Below are positions 10,084-18,760 of a stretch of DNA of 32,000 bases, in pieces. A model generated the notes under the pieces. The model saw nothing but the letters and a program-made list of their open reading frames with translations. It did not search any database and was not told the DNA's origin. Both the position numbers and the translations under genes were made by a program. The DNA lies in assembly GCA_963676105.1 (NCBI GenBank), contig OY781039.1, positions 1,080,001 to 1,112,000 on the forward strand, read 5' to 3'. Position 1 is the first letter of the stretch. Every line of letters begins with the position of its first letter. The DNA comes from Erysipelotrichaceae bacterium (lineage in GTDB: Bacteria; Bacillota_I; Bacilli_A; Erysipelotrichales; Erysipelotrichaceae).

Positions 10084-10129
10084 TGGTTACTTCAAATCAT
10101 TTGATTGAATAATATAACTTTATTCTAAA

Positions 10130-11548
10130 TTAATATCTCATTGTTGTGAAATATGTATCTTTATGACGTCTGTATTGTAATTGTGGAATCACAAGTAATA
10201 CACCGATTAATACAATAGGAACAATGATACCTACATAACTAGTAAGGATTGTTGTACCAGCCCATAATGTAGCCCAGTCAAACATACCCATCCAACCAAC
10301 GATTAATGGTGAATCTACTAAGAATGCAAGAACGAATGCACTACCGAATACTTGGATCATACCAGCAAAGAATGGGATGATAGCAGCAGCTCTACGTCCA
10401 CCTGCTTTGGCAGCGAAGATAGCTAATGTACCATTATCGAAGAATAATGCGATAAATCCAGCAATAATTAAGATTGGGGAATTCATAGCGATTAATGCAA
10501 AGATTGCTAAGATTTGACCAAAGAATCCAAAGATAAATCCATACATAACAGCATTTGGTGCGAAACCGAATGTAACAGCACAGTCAACTGCTGGAACTGA
10601 ACCAGGAAGTAATTTATCACTGATCCCTTGGAATGAAGCTGTAAGTTCACCAACGAACATACGAACACCCATTTGAAGGATAGCGATATAAACTGCGAAG
10701 TAAGCTGTTTGTTCAAATACGTAAGTAACAAAGAAATAACTGCTTGTATTATAAGCGAAGCTTTCAGCTCCAAGAATGAACATTAATGTTCCAACGAATA
10801 CTGACATAATTAATACGTTCGCAACAACGTTATCATTAAGCATTGATAACCAACCTGGGAATTCCATGTTTTCTGTTGAACTTTCAGGGTTACCAATTTT
10901 CTTAGCTAATTGATAAGAAATCCAAGCACCAAACATTTGTTGGTGACCAACGGTGAAACCAGCACCATCAGTAACTTCATTAGTAGCTTCAATGATTAAG
11001 TTAGAAGCAACTGCCCAATAAGTACCAATTAAGAAACCAGATACGATTACGATAGTCATTGATACAGGTTCACCTGTAACACCCATAATTACCCAATATA
11101 GTGCCCATAATAGAACAGCTGATTGTTGGTACATGATATGACCAGTAATAAATAAAGTTCTGAGTTTAGTAACTTTACGGAAAGCAACGAAGAAGATATT
11201 TAGTAAGAACGCAATGATCATTACATAACCAACGTATTGTAATGAATCAACAGTTCCTAACATTTCTGTTGCAGAAGCTTGACCGTAATATGGGTCAATA
11301 ACTAAAGCTGTAATTCCAAATTTTGCAGTAATGGAAGTGATGATAGGTCTAAAGACACCAACTAAACCACCAGTACCAACTTGTAAGATTTTGAATCCAA
11401 CATAAGTCTTAATAAAACCACCTAATGAAACATACCATTTTTTACCAAGTAGTAAGTAACCAACAAAGACAACTGTACCTAGTAACAATGGAGCTTGACC
11501 TAAGAACTTATTAATGAAGGCCAAGAAAAACTCTAATACTACATCCAT
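10130..11548 (-). CDS. ulaA: PTS ascorbate-family EIIC permease
   Basis: 472 aa polytopic membrane protein with the size and composition of UlaA/SgaT. The RBS AGGAG lies 7 nt upstream of the ATG. Confidence 0.9.
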   Translation of the reverse strand: MDVVLEFFLAFINKFLGQAPLLLGTVVFVGYLLLGKKWYVSLGGFIKTYVGFKILQVGTGGLVGVFRPIITSITAKFGITALVIDPYYGQASATEMLGTVDSLQYVGYVMIIAFLLNIFFVAFRKVTKLRTLFITGHIMYQQSAVLLWALYWVIMGVTGEPVSMTIVIVSGFLIGTYWAVASNLIIEATNEVTDGAGFTVGHQQMFGAWISYQLAKKIGNPESSTENMEFPGWLSMLNDNVVANVLIMSVFVGTLMFILGAESFAYNTSSYFFVTYVFEQTAYFAVYIAILQMGVRMFVGELTASFQGISDKLLPGSVPAVDCAVTFGFAPNAVMYGFIFGFFGQILAIFALIAMNSPILIIAGFIALFFDNGTLAIFAAKAGGRRAAAIIPFFAGMIQVFGSAFVLAFLVDSPLIVGWMGMFDWATLWAGTTILTSYVGIIVPIVLIGVLLVIPQLQYRRHKDTYFTTMRY

Positions 11549-11572
11549 TTTAAATCTCCTTTTCCTTTAAGA

Positions 11573-11586
11573 TTAAAGCGTTTACA
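11573..11586. promoter_or_regulatory. candidate CcpA cre site in the ulaA 5' UTR
   Basis: TTAAAGCGTTTACA matches TGWAANCGNTNWCA at 13 of 14 positions (position 2 is T, not G). It lies between the predicted promoter and the RBS. Confidence 0.4.
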
Positions 11587-11607
11587 TTTGTTCCGCTTTC
11601 TACAAAA

Positions 11608-11636
11608 AATATACCTTTTGTGTAATCATTTGTAAA
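11608..11636 (-). promoter_or_regulatory. sigma-A type promoter for ulaA
   Basis: On the - strand there is a -35 TTTACA (11636-11631), a 17-nt spacer and a -10 TATATT (11613-11608). This sits about 50 nt upstream of the RBS. Confidence 0.5.
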
Positions 11637-11651
11637 GAATTTATAAATTAT

Positions 11652-11665
11652 TGAACATTTGTTCA
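11652..11665. promoter_or_regulatory. operator-like palindrome TGAACA-TT-TGTTCA upstream of the ulaA -35
   Basis: The arms are perfect 6-bp inverted repeats. The core ACATTTGTTC recurs exactly at 11584-11593 in the 5' UTR, and a related TCATTTGTA overlaps the -35 at about 11626-11634. Confidence 0.4.
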
Positions 11666-11788
11666 CTCTAACTGAACCATATTTCGTTTTGAATGAGCAA
11701 TTTGGTTGACAAATAAATTCATTTAGTGAAATTGATATATTTTATAACAATCGATTGTTGAACAACACAATAATCGCACAAAATAAAA

Positions 11789-12673
11789 TTAATCCTTCAG
11801 GACATCTATCATCAAAAATTTGGCAATTCCATCATCATTATTTGAGTCAGCAATATGTGTTGCTTGTTCTTTCAATTCTTGCATCGCATTTTTCATTGCA
11901 ATTTTATATCGACATTCTTTAAACATCGATAAATCATTACCCCCATCGCCAAACGCCATCATATGATGATTATCAAGATTCAATCGATCTTTAATAGACT
12001 TCAATGCGGATCCTTTAGTTACATTCTTTGCAGTAATCTCAATCCATCGTTTTGATGTTCTTGAAATACTATACAAGTTATGAAACCTATTCAAAAGTAT
12101 AGGTGAAAACTCATCTAAAACCTTTTCTTCGTGGGCAAAACAAACTTTATTCACTGAACCTAAGGAATCAATATAATGGTTAGACACGAAAATATTTGGA
12201 TATCGTGATCTTTGATCTTTAATAAAAGCATTCATACCAGCCGTATTTGGGACATCTATATTAATGTTATGTTCTTCTCGATATTTATCTTTTAAAGCCA
12301 ATAAAGAGTCAGGAATCGCATCAACTATCGTTTCTTCCTTCATAGCCAAAACTTCGATAAGATGCTTCAAACCAAAATCAAAAAGCTTTTGAACTTCAAA
12401 AGCTTTGATTGTTTTATGATGAATTATATTCATACTAGGATATTCAACTAACAACGCACCGTTTGCGCCAATTAAAAAGCCGCCATATTTATTCATTGAT
12501 AAATCATGTGCTATCTCTGACAAATTTCGAATATCTCTACCAGAAGCTAAAACTAAACGAATACCGTTTTCTTGAACTTGTAGCAGAACTTTTTTAGTTA
12601 CTAGACTAATAAGACCTTCATCACTAACTAGTGTTCCATCAATGTCTAACGCGATTAATTGAATATCTTTCAT
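11789..12673 (-). CDS. Cof-type HAD-IIB sugar-phosphate phosphatase (paralogue 2)
   Basis: 294 aa. The HAD motifs are IALDIDGTLV, ASGRD and FGDGGNDLSMF. It starts 2 nt after the transketolase C-subunit stop. Confidence 0.85.
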   Translation of the reverse strand: MKDIQLIALDIDGTLVSDEGLISLVTKKVLLQVQENGIRLVLASGRDIRNLSEIAHDLSMNKYGGFLIGANGALLVEYPSMNIIHHKTIKAFEVQKLFDFGLKHLIEVLAMKEETIVDAIPDSLLALKDKYREEHNINIDVPNTAGMNAFIKDQRSRYPNIFVSNHYIDSLGSVNKVCFAHEEKVLDEFSPILLNRFHNLYSISRTSKRWIEITAKNVTKGSALKSIKDRLNLDNHHMMAFGDGGNDLSMFKECRYKIAMKNAMQELKEQATHIADSNNDDGIAKFLMIDVLKD

Positions 12674-12675
12674 TG

Positions 12676-13602
12676 TTAAGCGTACTTTAAAACCTTCTCA
12701 ACAATTGAATCAGCACTTAAACCATACTTCTTGACCAGTTCATCTGGTTTACCAGATTCACCAAAGGTATCTTCAATCGCTACCATATCCATGAGCACAG
12801 GATGATTCTTAGATAAGGTTTCGGCGATTGCTGAACCTAAACCACCAAACTTAGAATGTTCTTCACATGTGATGACCACTCTAGATTGTTTTGCATACTT
12901 GATAATAAGTTCTTCATCTAAAGGTTTGATCGTCGCGATATTAATAACAGTGACATCTATTCCCTTTTCAGCTAAGACTTCTGCAGCTTTTAAAGCTTCT
13001 TGAACCATCATCCCAGTCGCAACTAAAGTAATATCTTTACCTTCACGCATCACATGACCTTTACCAATTTCAAATTTGTAAGTGTCATCAAGGACTGTTT
13101 CTACATTAGAGCGTCCTAGTCTAATATAAAACGGACCATTCACTTTACTAATCGCTTCAATCACTTGTGCTGTTTCAACTTCATCACATGGTTGAATCAC
13201 TGTCATACCTGGAATAGCTCTCATTAAGGCAATATCTTCAATACTTTGATGAGATGCCCCATCTTCACCTAAGGTAATCCCTGCATGAGTCGCACAGATC
13301 TTTACATTTAAATGGGTATACCCAATTGAGTTACGGACTTGTTCATACGCACGTCCTGCCGCAAACATGGCGAAGGTAGAAGCAAATACCGTATTACCAC
13401 ACGTCGCTAAACCTGCCGCAATCCCCATCATATTCCCTTCAGCTATCCCAACATTAAAGTGTCTTTCAGGAACAGCAGATCTTGCATCCGCTGTTTTAGT
13501 GGACTTAGATAAATCAGCATCTAAGACTACAATCTTCTCATCTTCTACAATTAACTTCGCTAAGGTCTTACCATAAGCGACACGTGTTGCTTGTTTAGCC
13601 AT
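12676..13602 (-). CDS. transketolase, C-terminal (pyrimidine-binding) subunit
   Basis: 308 aa. It carries FNVGIAEGNMMGIAAGLA and THAGITLGEDGASHQSIEDIALMRAIPG. The RBS GGAGG lies inside the end of the upstream subunit gene. Confidence 0.92.
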   Translation of the reverse strand: MAKQATRVAYGKTLAKLIVEDEKIVVLDADLSKSTKTADARSAVPERHFNVGIAEGNMMGIAAGLATCGNTVFASTFAMFAAGRAYEQVRNSIGYTHLNVKICATHAGITLGEDGASHQSIEDIALMRAIPGMTVIQPCDEVETAQVIEAISKVNGPFYIRLGRSNVETVLDDTYKFEIGKGHVMREGKDITLVATGMMVQEALKAAEVLAEKGIDVTVINIATIKPLDEELIIKYAKQSRVVITCEEHSKFGGLGSAIAETLSKNHPVLMDMVAIEDTFGESGKPDELVKKYGLSADSIVEKVLKYA

Positions 13603-13607
13603 TGTCT

Positions 13608-14423
13608 CTAGTCCTCCAATTCTTTCATTGCCAAGGTAAATTCATCATCATTAGGTGCGACACCATGCCATGCGTAGTTGTTTTCCATAAACGAGACACC
13701 CTTACCCTTAACAGTCTTCGCTAAGATCATCGTTGGTTTGCCTTTTGTTTCTCGTGCTTCTTTAAAAGCATTCTCTATTTGTGTATAGTCATGACCATCA
13801 ATTTCAATCACATGCCAATTAAAAGCTTCCCACTTCTCTTTAAAAGGAAATGGATTCATAACCTTGGTGACATCTCCATCAATCTGTAAACCATTGACAT
13901 CAAGTACGGCACATAGATTATCTAATTCATAATGAGCGGCAGACATCGCTGCTTCCCAGATTTGTCCTTCTTGAGACTCTCCATCACCGACTAAGGCATA
14001 GGTTCTAAAGTCATTTGAATGAATCTTATTATTAAGTGCCATACCAACAGCCGCTGATAGACCTTGACCAAGCGAACCTGTACTCATATCCACACCCTTA
14101 ACATAATTCATATTAGGATGTCCTTGTAGTTTTGAGTTAATGAGTCTAAACGTCATTAAGTCGTCTTGAGTTAAAAAACCTTTTTCTTTGAGTACTGCAT
14201 ACAATAATGCAGAGGCATGACCTTTAGATAAAACAAACTTATCTCTTTCAAGATTATCAACATTATCTTGAGTTAGATTCATTTCATTAAAATACAAGCT
14301 AGTCAGTATTTCTACTGCACTGAGTGCACCACCGATGTGTCCACTTTTAGCGTTATAGACTTGTTTAATAATATTGCGACGGATATTCTTTGCGATACCC
14401 GCCATTTCACTATGATTTAACAT
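13608..14423 (-). CDS. transketolase, N-terminal (TPP-binding) subunit
   Basis: 271 aa. It carries SKGHASALLYAVL, LGQGLSAAVGMAL and the TPP motif VGDGESQEGQIWEA. Confidence 0.92.
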   Translation of the reverse strand: MLNHSEMAGIAKNIRRNIIKQVYNAKSGHIGGALSAVEILTSLYFNEMNLTQDNVDNLERDKFVLSKGHASALLYAVLKEKGFLTQDDLMTFRLINSKLQGHPNMNYVKGVDMSTGSLGQGLSAAVGMALNNKIHSNDFRTYALVGDGESQEGQIWEAAMSAAHYELDNLCAVLDVNGLQIDGDVTKVMNPFPFKEKWEAFNWHVIEIDGHDYTQIENAFKEARETKGKPTMILAKTVKGKGVSFMENNYAWHGVAPNDDEFTLAMKELED

Positions 14424-14432
14424 GATGTCTCC

Positions 14433-15284
14433 TTATTTATAAAACTTCTCAATTTTTTCTCTTAAGTACTTATTCGCAAAACTTAAATCTTCCACCCATT
14501 GTTCTGAGCCTTTATACCAAAACTCCGCAGTAAAACGCATAACACCTTGATCATGTAATTCTTTAATAGCTTCATCATATTGAGTATCACCCGTACCAAA
14601 TGGAATTTCGCGATAATGACCTTCAATAATTTCTTTTAAATGAGCTGCAAATATATGTCCACTTGCATTATTTATATCTTTATCAATCGGCAAAGATGAA
14701 TGACGCGCTGCATTTGTTAAGTTGCCTACGTCTGGATAAACACCTAAATATGGACTATTGTTTTCATCAACATATTTCATAGCTTTAGTACAAGTATTCA
14801 TGAAATCTGTTTCCATGGTTTCAAAACCTAAAATAACACCGTGTTTTGCGGCCATTTGTACTGCTTTTTTCAGGTTTTCGGAAAAGTTAGATTTAGTTAT
14901 TTCTGATCCTTCACTATAATAAACATCATATCCAGCTAATTGAATAATTCTAATACCTAATTTGTTCGCAAAGATTAATGCTTTTTCCATTATCTCTAAG
15001 CTTCTGTCAATTGTTTCTAGATCCAAAGAACCGAGTGGAAATTTACGATGTCCTGAAAGGCACATACTTTGAATTGGACAATTAGTAATTCTCATGGCTT
15101 GTCTAATTTCTTCTAATTGTTCATCAGAATAATCTAAGCGTGCTAATTTTTCATCTGTTTCATCAATACTAATTTCAAGCGAATCAAAGCCAGCTGATTG
15201 TGCATATTTTAATTTTTCGGTCCATGACAAAGACGCTGGCATTGATTTTTCGTAAAGGCCAAGTTGATAATTATTTTTGGCCAT
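14433..15284 (-). CDS. ulaE: L-xylulose-5-phosphate 3-epimerase (L-ribulose-5-phosphate 3-epimerase)
   Basis: TIM-barrel xylose-isomerase-like protein. The N-terminus [16 protein letters not shown]....W.EKL..A...GFD..E.S.DETDE.L.RLD mirrors E. coli UlaE. ATG 15284 is preferred over the track start at 15293 because GGAAAG lies 10 nt upstream of it. Confidence 0.88.
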   Translation of the reverse strand: MAKNNYQLGLYEKSMPASLSWTEKLKYAQSAGFDSLEISIDETDEKLARLDYSDEQLEEIRQAMRITNCPIQSMCLSGHRKFPLGSLDLETIDRSLEIMEKALIFANKLGIRIIQLAGYDVYYSEGSEITKSNFSENLKKAVQMAAKHGVILGFETMETDFMNTCTKAMKYVDENNSPYLGVYPDVGNLTNAARHSSLPIDKDINNASGHIFAAHLKEIIEGHYREIPFGTGDTQYDEAIKELHDQGVMRFTAEFWYKGSEQWVEDLSFANKYLREKIEKFYK

Positions 15285-15960
15285 AATACGCATTCTTTCC
15301 GTGTTTTCTAAGATAGTGTTTATCTAGTAAAGTTTGTGGAATGGATTCAAGTTCATGATTTAACATCATTGAATGCCACGCCATCATTGACACTTCCTCT
15401 AAAACAACTGCATTATGAACGGCATCATGTGCATCTTTTCCCCATGTAAATGGTCCATGAGATGCGACAACAACACCAGGATGTTGACTAGCTTCTAAAT
15501 CTTTAAAGGTTTCGACAATGACTAAACCCGTATTCTTTTCATATTCACCTTTGATTTCTGCTTCAGTAAGTTCACGTGTACACAAAACATCACCATAGAA
15601 GTAATCAGCATGTGTTGTCCCAAAGCATGGTACAGCCCTTTTCGCTTGCGCAAAAATCGTTGCCCATTTTGAATGTGTGTGTACAATACCTTTAATATCA
15701 GGAAAGGCTTTATAAAGTTCAACATGGGTCGCAAGATCACTACTTGCTTTGTATTTTCCTTCAACAGGATTTCCATCTAAATCCACGATAACCATGTCTT
15801 CAGCAGACATTGTTTCATAATCAACTCCTGACGGTTTAATCGCAATTACACCTAAGTCTCGATCAATTTCTGAAACATTTCCCCAAGTAAAAACCACTAA
15901 GTTTCGTTTAGGTAATTCTAAATTTGCTTCAAATACTCTTTGTTTTAATTTTTTATACAT
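15271..15960 (-). CDS. ulaF: L-ribulose-5-phosphate 4-epimerase
   Basis: 229 aa. The AraD/UlaF signatures are [27 protein letters not shown] and [11 protein letters not shown]. Confidence 0.9.
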   Translation of the reverse strand: MYKKLKQRVFEANLELPKRNLVVFTWGNVSEIDRDLGVIAIKPSGVDYETMSAEDMVIVDLDGNPVEGKYKASSDLATHVELYKAFPDIKGIVHTHSKWATIFAQAKRAVPCFGTTHADYFYGDVLCTRELTEAEIKGEYEKNTGLVIVETFKDLEASQHPGVVVASHGPFTWGKDAHDAVHNAVVLEEVSMMAWHSMMLNHELESIPQTLLDKHYLRKHGKNAYYGQK

Positions 15961-15973
15961 ATCAAATCCTCAC

Positions 15974-16978
15974 TTAAAATTTATAGATAGCCATTTCATT
16001 AGCTGTATGGCTTGAAGATAGAATAATGTTTTGACCATTATATTGAATATAAGCAACATTAGCTGGTCCCGCTAATTCATCAACCACTTCATGGACAAGT
16101 TCACCATCTTTATAGGTAAGTGTAAATAAATGTGTATTCTCACGTCTAATACCCCCTATAAAATATGGACCATAAGTCGTATCGGCTGTAATAAGTGTAT
16201 GTGCAAAGTTAATTGGTACTGGATATGTCCAAATTTCTTTCGGTTTAGTATCGTTTGAGTATAGAGTAATTTTATCTCCATGGAATGGTTCAATGGTAAT
16301 CCATTCATCAACACCATCCTTATTTATATCTAAAACAGCAACTTCACTAACCATTTGATCATAGAGCTGTTCAACAGTCCATTCACCATTATTACGGTAA
16401 ATTGAAAAAATTCCTTGATCAGAGGTGAAATAACCACCATTACCTGCTTGATTGCGAGAATAACCGTGATTTCTAAAGACACCGTCTTTAACAAGTTCTA
16501 ATTTAATATCTTTTCCTTCTTCAAGTTTTGCGACATAAACTTTGCCTGCACGTGTCCAGTCTTCTTTATTTTCTTTGTCTTCAGCAATCGTTGCCAACAT
16601 CAACCAAACTTCACCTTCAATATCTAATACATCAAAACGATGTAAAAACGGCAAATCCAGCATAACTTCTTGATTGAATTTTTCACCATCGTAGGAAACT
16701 TTAACGAGTTTTGAAACACTTGGACATTCTTTTAGATAAAAATCTTTAATACTTAAAAAGACATTTTTCTGACCAGGATATGGAATCATACTCATGACTC
16801 CTCCACCCTTTTCCCAAACTACTTTTTTCTCTAAAGTATCCGCATTATAAGCAAAACATGGATAAGCTTTCTCTTCACTCGCAAAGAAAAAATGCATCTG
16901 ACCATCGAGTTCCATTGCCATAGTACTGTATGCGCGATATAGCTCTCCCAGTACTGTTTTTGTATATTTATTACTCAT
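15974..16978 (-). CDS. uncharacterised cytoplasmic repeat protein (possible beta-propeller / FG-GAP-like), embedded in the ula operon
   Basis: Long ORF with codon usage like its neighbours and no signal peptide or TM segment. It has many short beta-strand-like segments and one DINKDGVDEW (DxNxDGxDE) motif of the FG-GAP/VCBS type. The start is set at ATG 16978 because AGGA lies 8 nt upstream; the track start at 16987 overlaps that AGGA. I recognise no family. Confidence 0.7.
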   Translation of the reverse strand: MSNKYTKTVLGELYRAYSTMAMELDGQMHFFFASEEKAYPCFAYNADTLEKKVVWEKGGGVMSMIPYPGQKNVFLSIKDFYLKECPSVSKLVKVSYDGEKFNQEVMLDLPFLHRFDVLDIEGEVWLMLATIAEDKENKEDWTRAGKVYVAKLEEGKDIKLELVKDGVFRNHGYSRNQAGNGGYFTSDQGIFSIYRNNGEWTVEQLYDQMVSEVAVLDINKDGVDEWITIEPFHGDKITLYSNDTKPKEIWTYPVPINFAHTLITADTTYGPYFIGGIRRENTHLFTLTYKDGELVHEVVDELAGPANVAYIQYNGQNIILSSSHTANEMAIYKF

Positions 16979-17026
16979 TTTTACCATCCTATCTTGTTAA
17001 TTTTTAAACAAACACTACATATAGAC

Positions 17027-17055
17027 GAACTGATTGGCATTACTCCAATCAGTTC
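17027..17055 (-). other. intercistronic perfect stem-loop between ulaC and the unknown gene
   Basis: GAACTGATTGG (17027-17037) pairs with CCAATCAGTTC (17045-17055), an 11-bp perfect stem with a 7-nt loop. On the transcribed (-) strand it is not followed by a clean U-run. Confidence 0.55.
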
Positions 17056-17066
17056 TTATTATTAAA

Positions 17067-17519
17067 TTATTGATACTTATCAGCTAATTTTAATAAATCT
17101 TCATCAGACTTAACACTTAGTAAGTCTTCAACTAAATCGTCGTTCATTAACATTTCTGATAATTTCATCATATTTTCTAAATGCTTTTCTGAATTAACAG
17201 CTGCTAGTGTAAAGAATAACTTTGCATCATAACTTGGATCATTTGGATCAAAGTGAACTGGATTCTCAACCTTCATAAAACCAATATGATTTTTATGCAC
17301 ACCAACAGAACCTGTTGATGCATGCGGCATCGCGATATTTGGCGCAATAACAATATAAGGTCCAAAATCTTTCACACATTGAATTACAGAATCAATATAG
17401 GCTTCCTCAATCGTTCCATCAATAAGGAATGGTACACAGGCTGCTTTTATCGCATCTTCCCATGTATCAAAATGATCTGCATAAACTGTGTGTTTATTCT
17501 CAACAAATTCTCTAAGCAT
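17067..17519 (-). CDS. ulaC: PTS ascorbate-family EIIA component
   Basis: 150 aa. The phospho-histidine region is APNIAMPHAS and the C-terminal pattern LAAVNSEKHLENMMKLSEML matches UlaC/SgaA. A TAATG overlap joins it to ulaG. Confidence 0.88.
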   Translation of the reverse strand: MLREFVENKHTVYADHFDTWEDAIKAACVPFLIDGTIEEAYIDSVIQCVKDFGPYIVIAPNIAMPHASTGSVGVHKNHIGFMKVENPVHFDPNDPSYDAKLFFTLAAVNSEKHLENMMKLSEMLMNDDLVEDLLSVKSDEDLLKLADKYQ

Positions 17520-18577
17520 TATAAGATAGACCTAAATGGAACATTTGGCTCTTCTTCGAATGCATCTTCAAAGCCACGACGATATTGATATCTTAGTTTT
17601 TCTTTATCCGTTGGGTAAGTAAACTTACCGCCTACTTCCCAGAGGAATGGATGAAATTTATAGGAAAGTTGATCTTTCTTATATTTCCATAACATTTCAA
17701 TTTCCTTTGGATCAGCTTTAAAGTTAGTCCATACATCATGATGAATAGGAATAACCACTTCACATTGAAGCGCTTCTGCCATACGCAAGATATCTATAGA
17801 TGTCATCTTATCTTGGTTACCAATTGGGTTTTCACCATATGATCCAAAAGCAACATCAATTTTGAAGTCCTTACCATGTTTCGCATAGTAAGTTGAGTAA
17901 TGTGAATCCCCTGAGTGGTAGACATTACCACCAGAAGTTTTGAATAAATAGTTAACAGCTTTTTCATCCATATCAGTTGGACAAATACCGTATAAATCTT
18001 TTTCATCAGTGACTAAACATGTTCTATCAAAAGAATCAGTCACAACAATTTCAATGTCTTTAATTTTTACAACATCTCCAGGTTTAACAACTTGGCATCT
18101 TTCAACAGGAACACCCCATTCAACCCAAATATCAACCGCACGTTGTGGACCAATAAATGGAACACTTGCATCACAGTTTTGTAAAACAGCCGCAGCCATG
18201 TTTGGATCAATATGATCACGATGATAATGTGTCGCAAGAACGGCATCAACTTCTTTAACCGCAAACGGATCAAAAACAATTGGATTTGCACGTCTATTAG
18301 GTTGATTCATGACACCACCAGTCATGTTTCTCATTTGGTGATATTTCTTCATGTTTGGTGGATTAAATTCTTGCTTCCCATTTCCAAACCATAAATCAAC
18401 TGCGATATTACAATTCTTTTCACTTTTAAACCAAATACCTGTACAACCAATCCACCACATAGCAATGGTTCCTGGTTCAACTTTTTCTGCTTCAATTTCT
18501 TCTACAAGCCAAGTACCCCATTCAGGGAATGCTCCTAGAATCCAACTTTCACGAGTAATTTTATCGACTACTGACAT
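17519..18577 (-). CDS. ulaG: L-ascorbate-6-phosphate lactonase (metallo-beta-lactamase fold)
   Basis: 352 aa, colinear with E. coli UlaG: [67 protein letters not shown] and the C-terminal PF.S.L. The RBS is GAGGAGG. Confidence 0.93.
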   Translation of the reverse strand: MSVVDKITRESWILGAFPEWGTWLVEEIEAEKVEPGTIAMWWIGCTGIWFKSEKNCNIAVDLWFGNGKQEFNPPNMKKYHQMRNMTGGVMNQPNRRANPIVFDPFAVKEVDAVLATHYHRDHIDPNMAAAVLQNCDASVPFIGPQRAVDIWVEWGVPVERCQVVKPGDVVKIKDIEIVVTDSFDRTCLVTDEKDLYGICPTDMDEKAVNYLFKTSGGNVYHSGDSHYSTYYAKHGKDFKIDVAFGSYGENPIGNQDKMTSIDILRMAEALQCEVVIPIHHDVWTNFKADPKEIEMLWKYKKDQLSYKFHPFLWEVGGKFTYPTDKEKLRYQYRRGFEDAFEEEPNVPFRSIL

Positions 18578-18641
18578 TTCATATCCTCCTCAAATAAGTG
18601 AATTCTTATCTGAGTTCATTGTATAGTCATTTAAAGGAAAA

Positions 18642-18734
18642 TTTTATGAATAATTCGTTATTATATGATTATTATGCGTATAAATTTAATATTTTTTCAC
18701 ATATATTGTTTTTATGAATATTTATATGATTATT
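18642..18734. repeat. duplicated bipartite AT-rich motif in the ulaG / ulaR-like divergent promoter region
   Basis: Block A, TTTTATGAATA, occurs at 18642-18652 and 18710-18720. Block B, TATATGATTATT, occurs at 18662-18673 and 18723-18734. The A-B spacing is 9 nt in one unit and 2 nt in the other. Together they contain four direct TATGAWTA cores. Confidence 0.4.
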
Positions 18735-18760
18735 TAATGTATAATATATGCAGGTGAAAT

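Noticed and set aside
11706-11741. A perfect TTGACA (11706-11711) on the + strand, as a possible antisense promoter into the HAD/transketolase operon.
   Set aside because: There is no acceptable -10 hexamer at 16-19 nt spacing; the nearest TATATT is about 24 nt away. This is probably a chance match.
11746-11759. AACAATCGATTGTT as a CcpA cre site or as the terminator of the tkt-HAD operon.
   Set aside because: Apart from the central CG it mismatches the conserved TG...CA cre positions. As RNA it would give only a 5-bp A/U-rich stem with no U-tract. It is kept only as a possible regulator site.
17803-18626. A cluster of five overlapping 60-91 aa ORFs on both strands (17803-18006, 18009-18215, 18067-18291, 18212-18394, 18351-18626).
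   Set aside because: All lie inside the ulaG coding region, whose 352-aa product is colinear with E. coli UlaG. They are off-frame or antisense shadow ORFs with low-complexity translations and no RBS.
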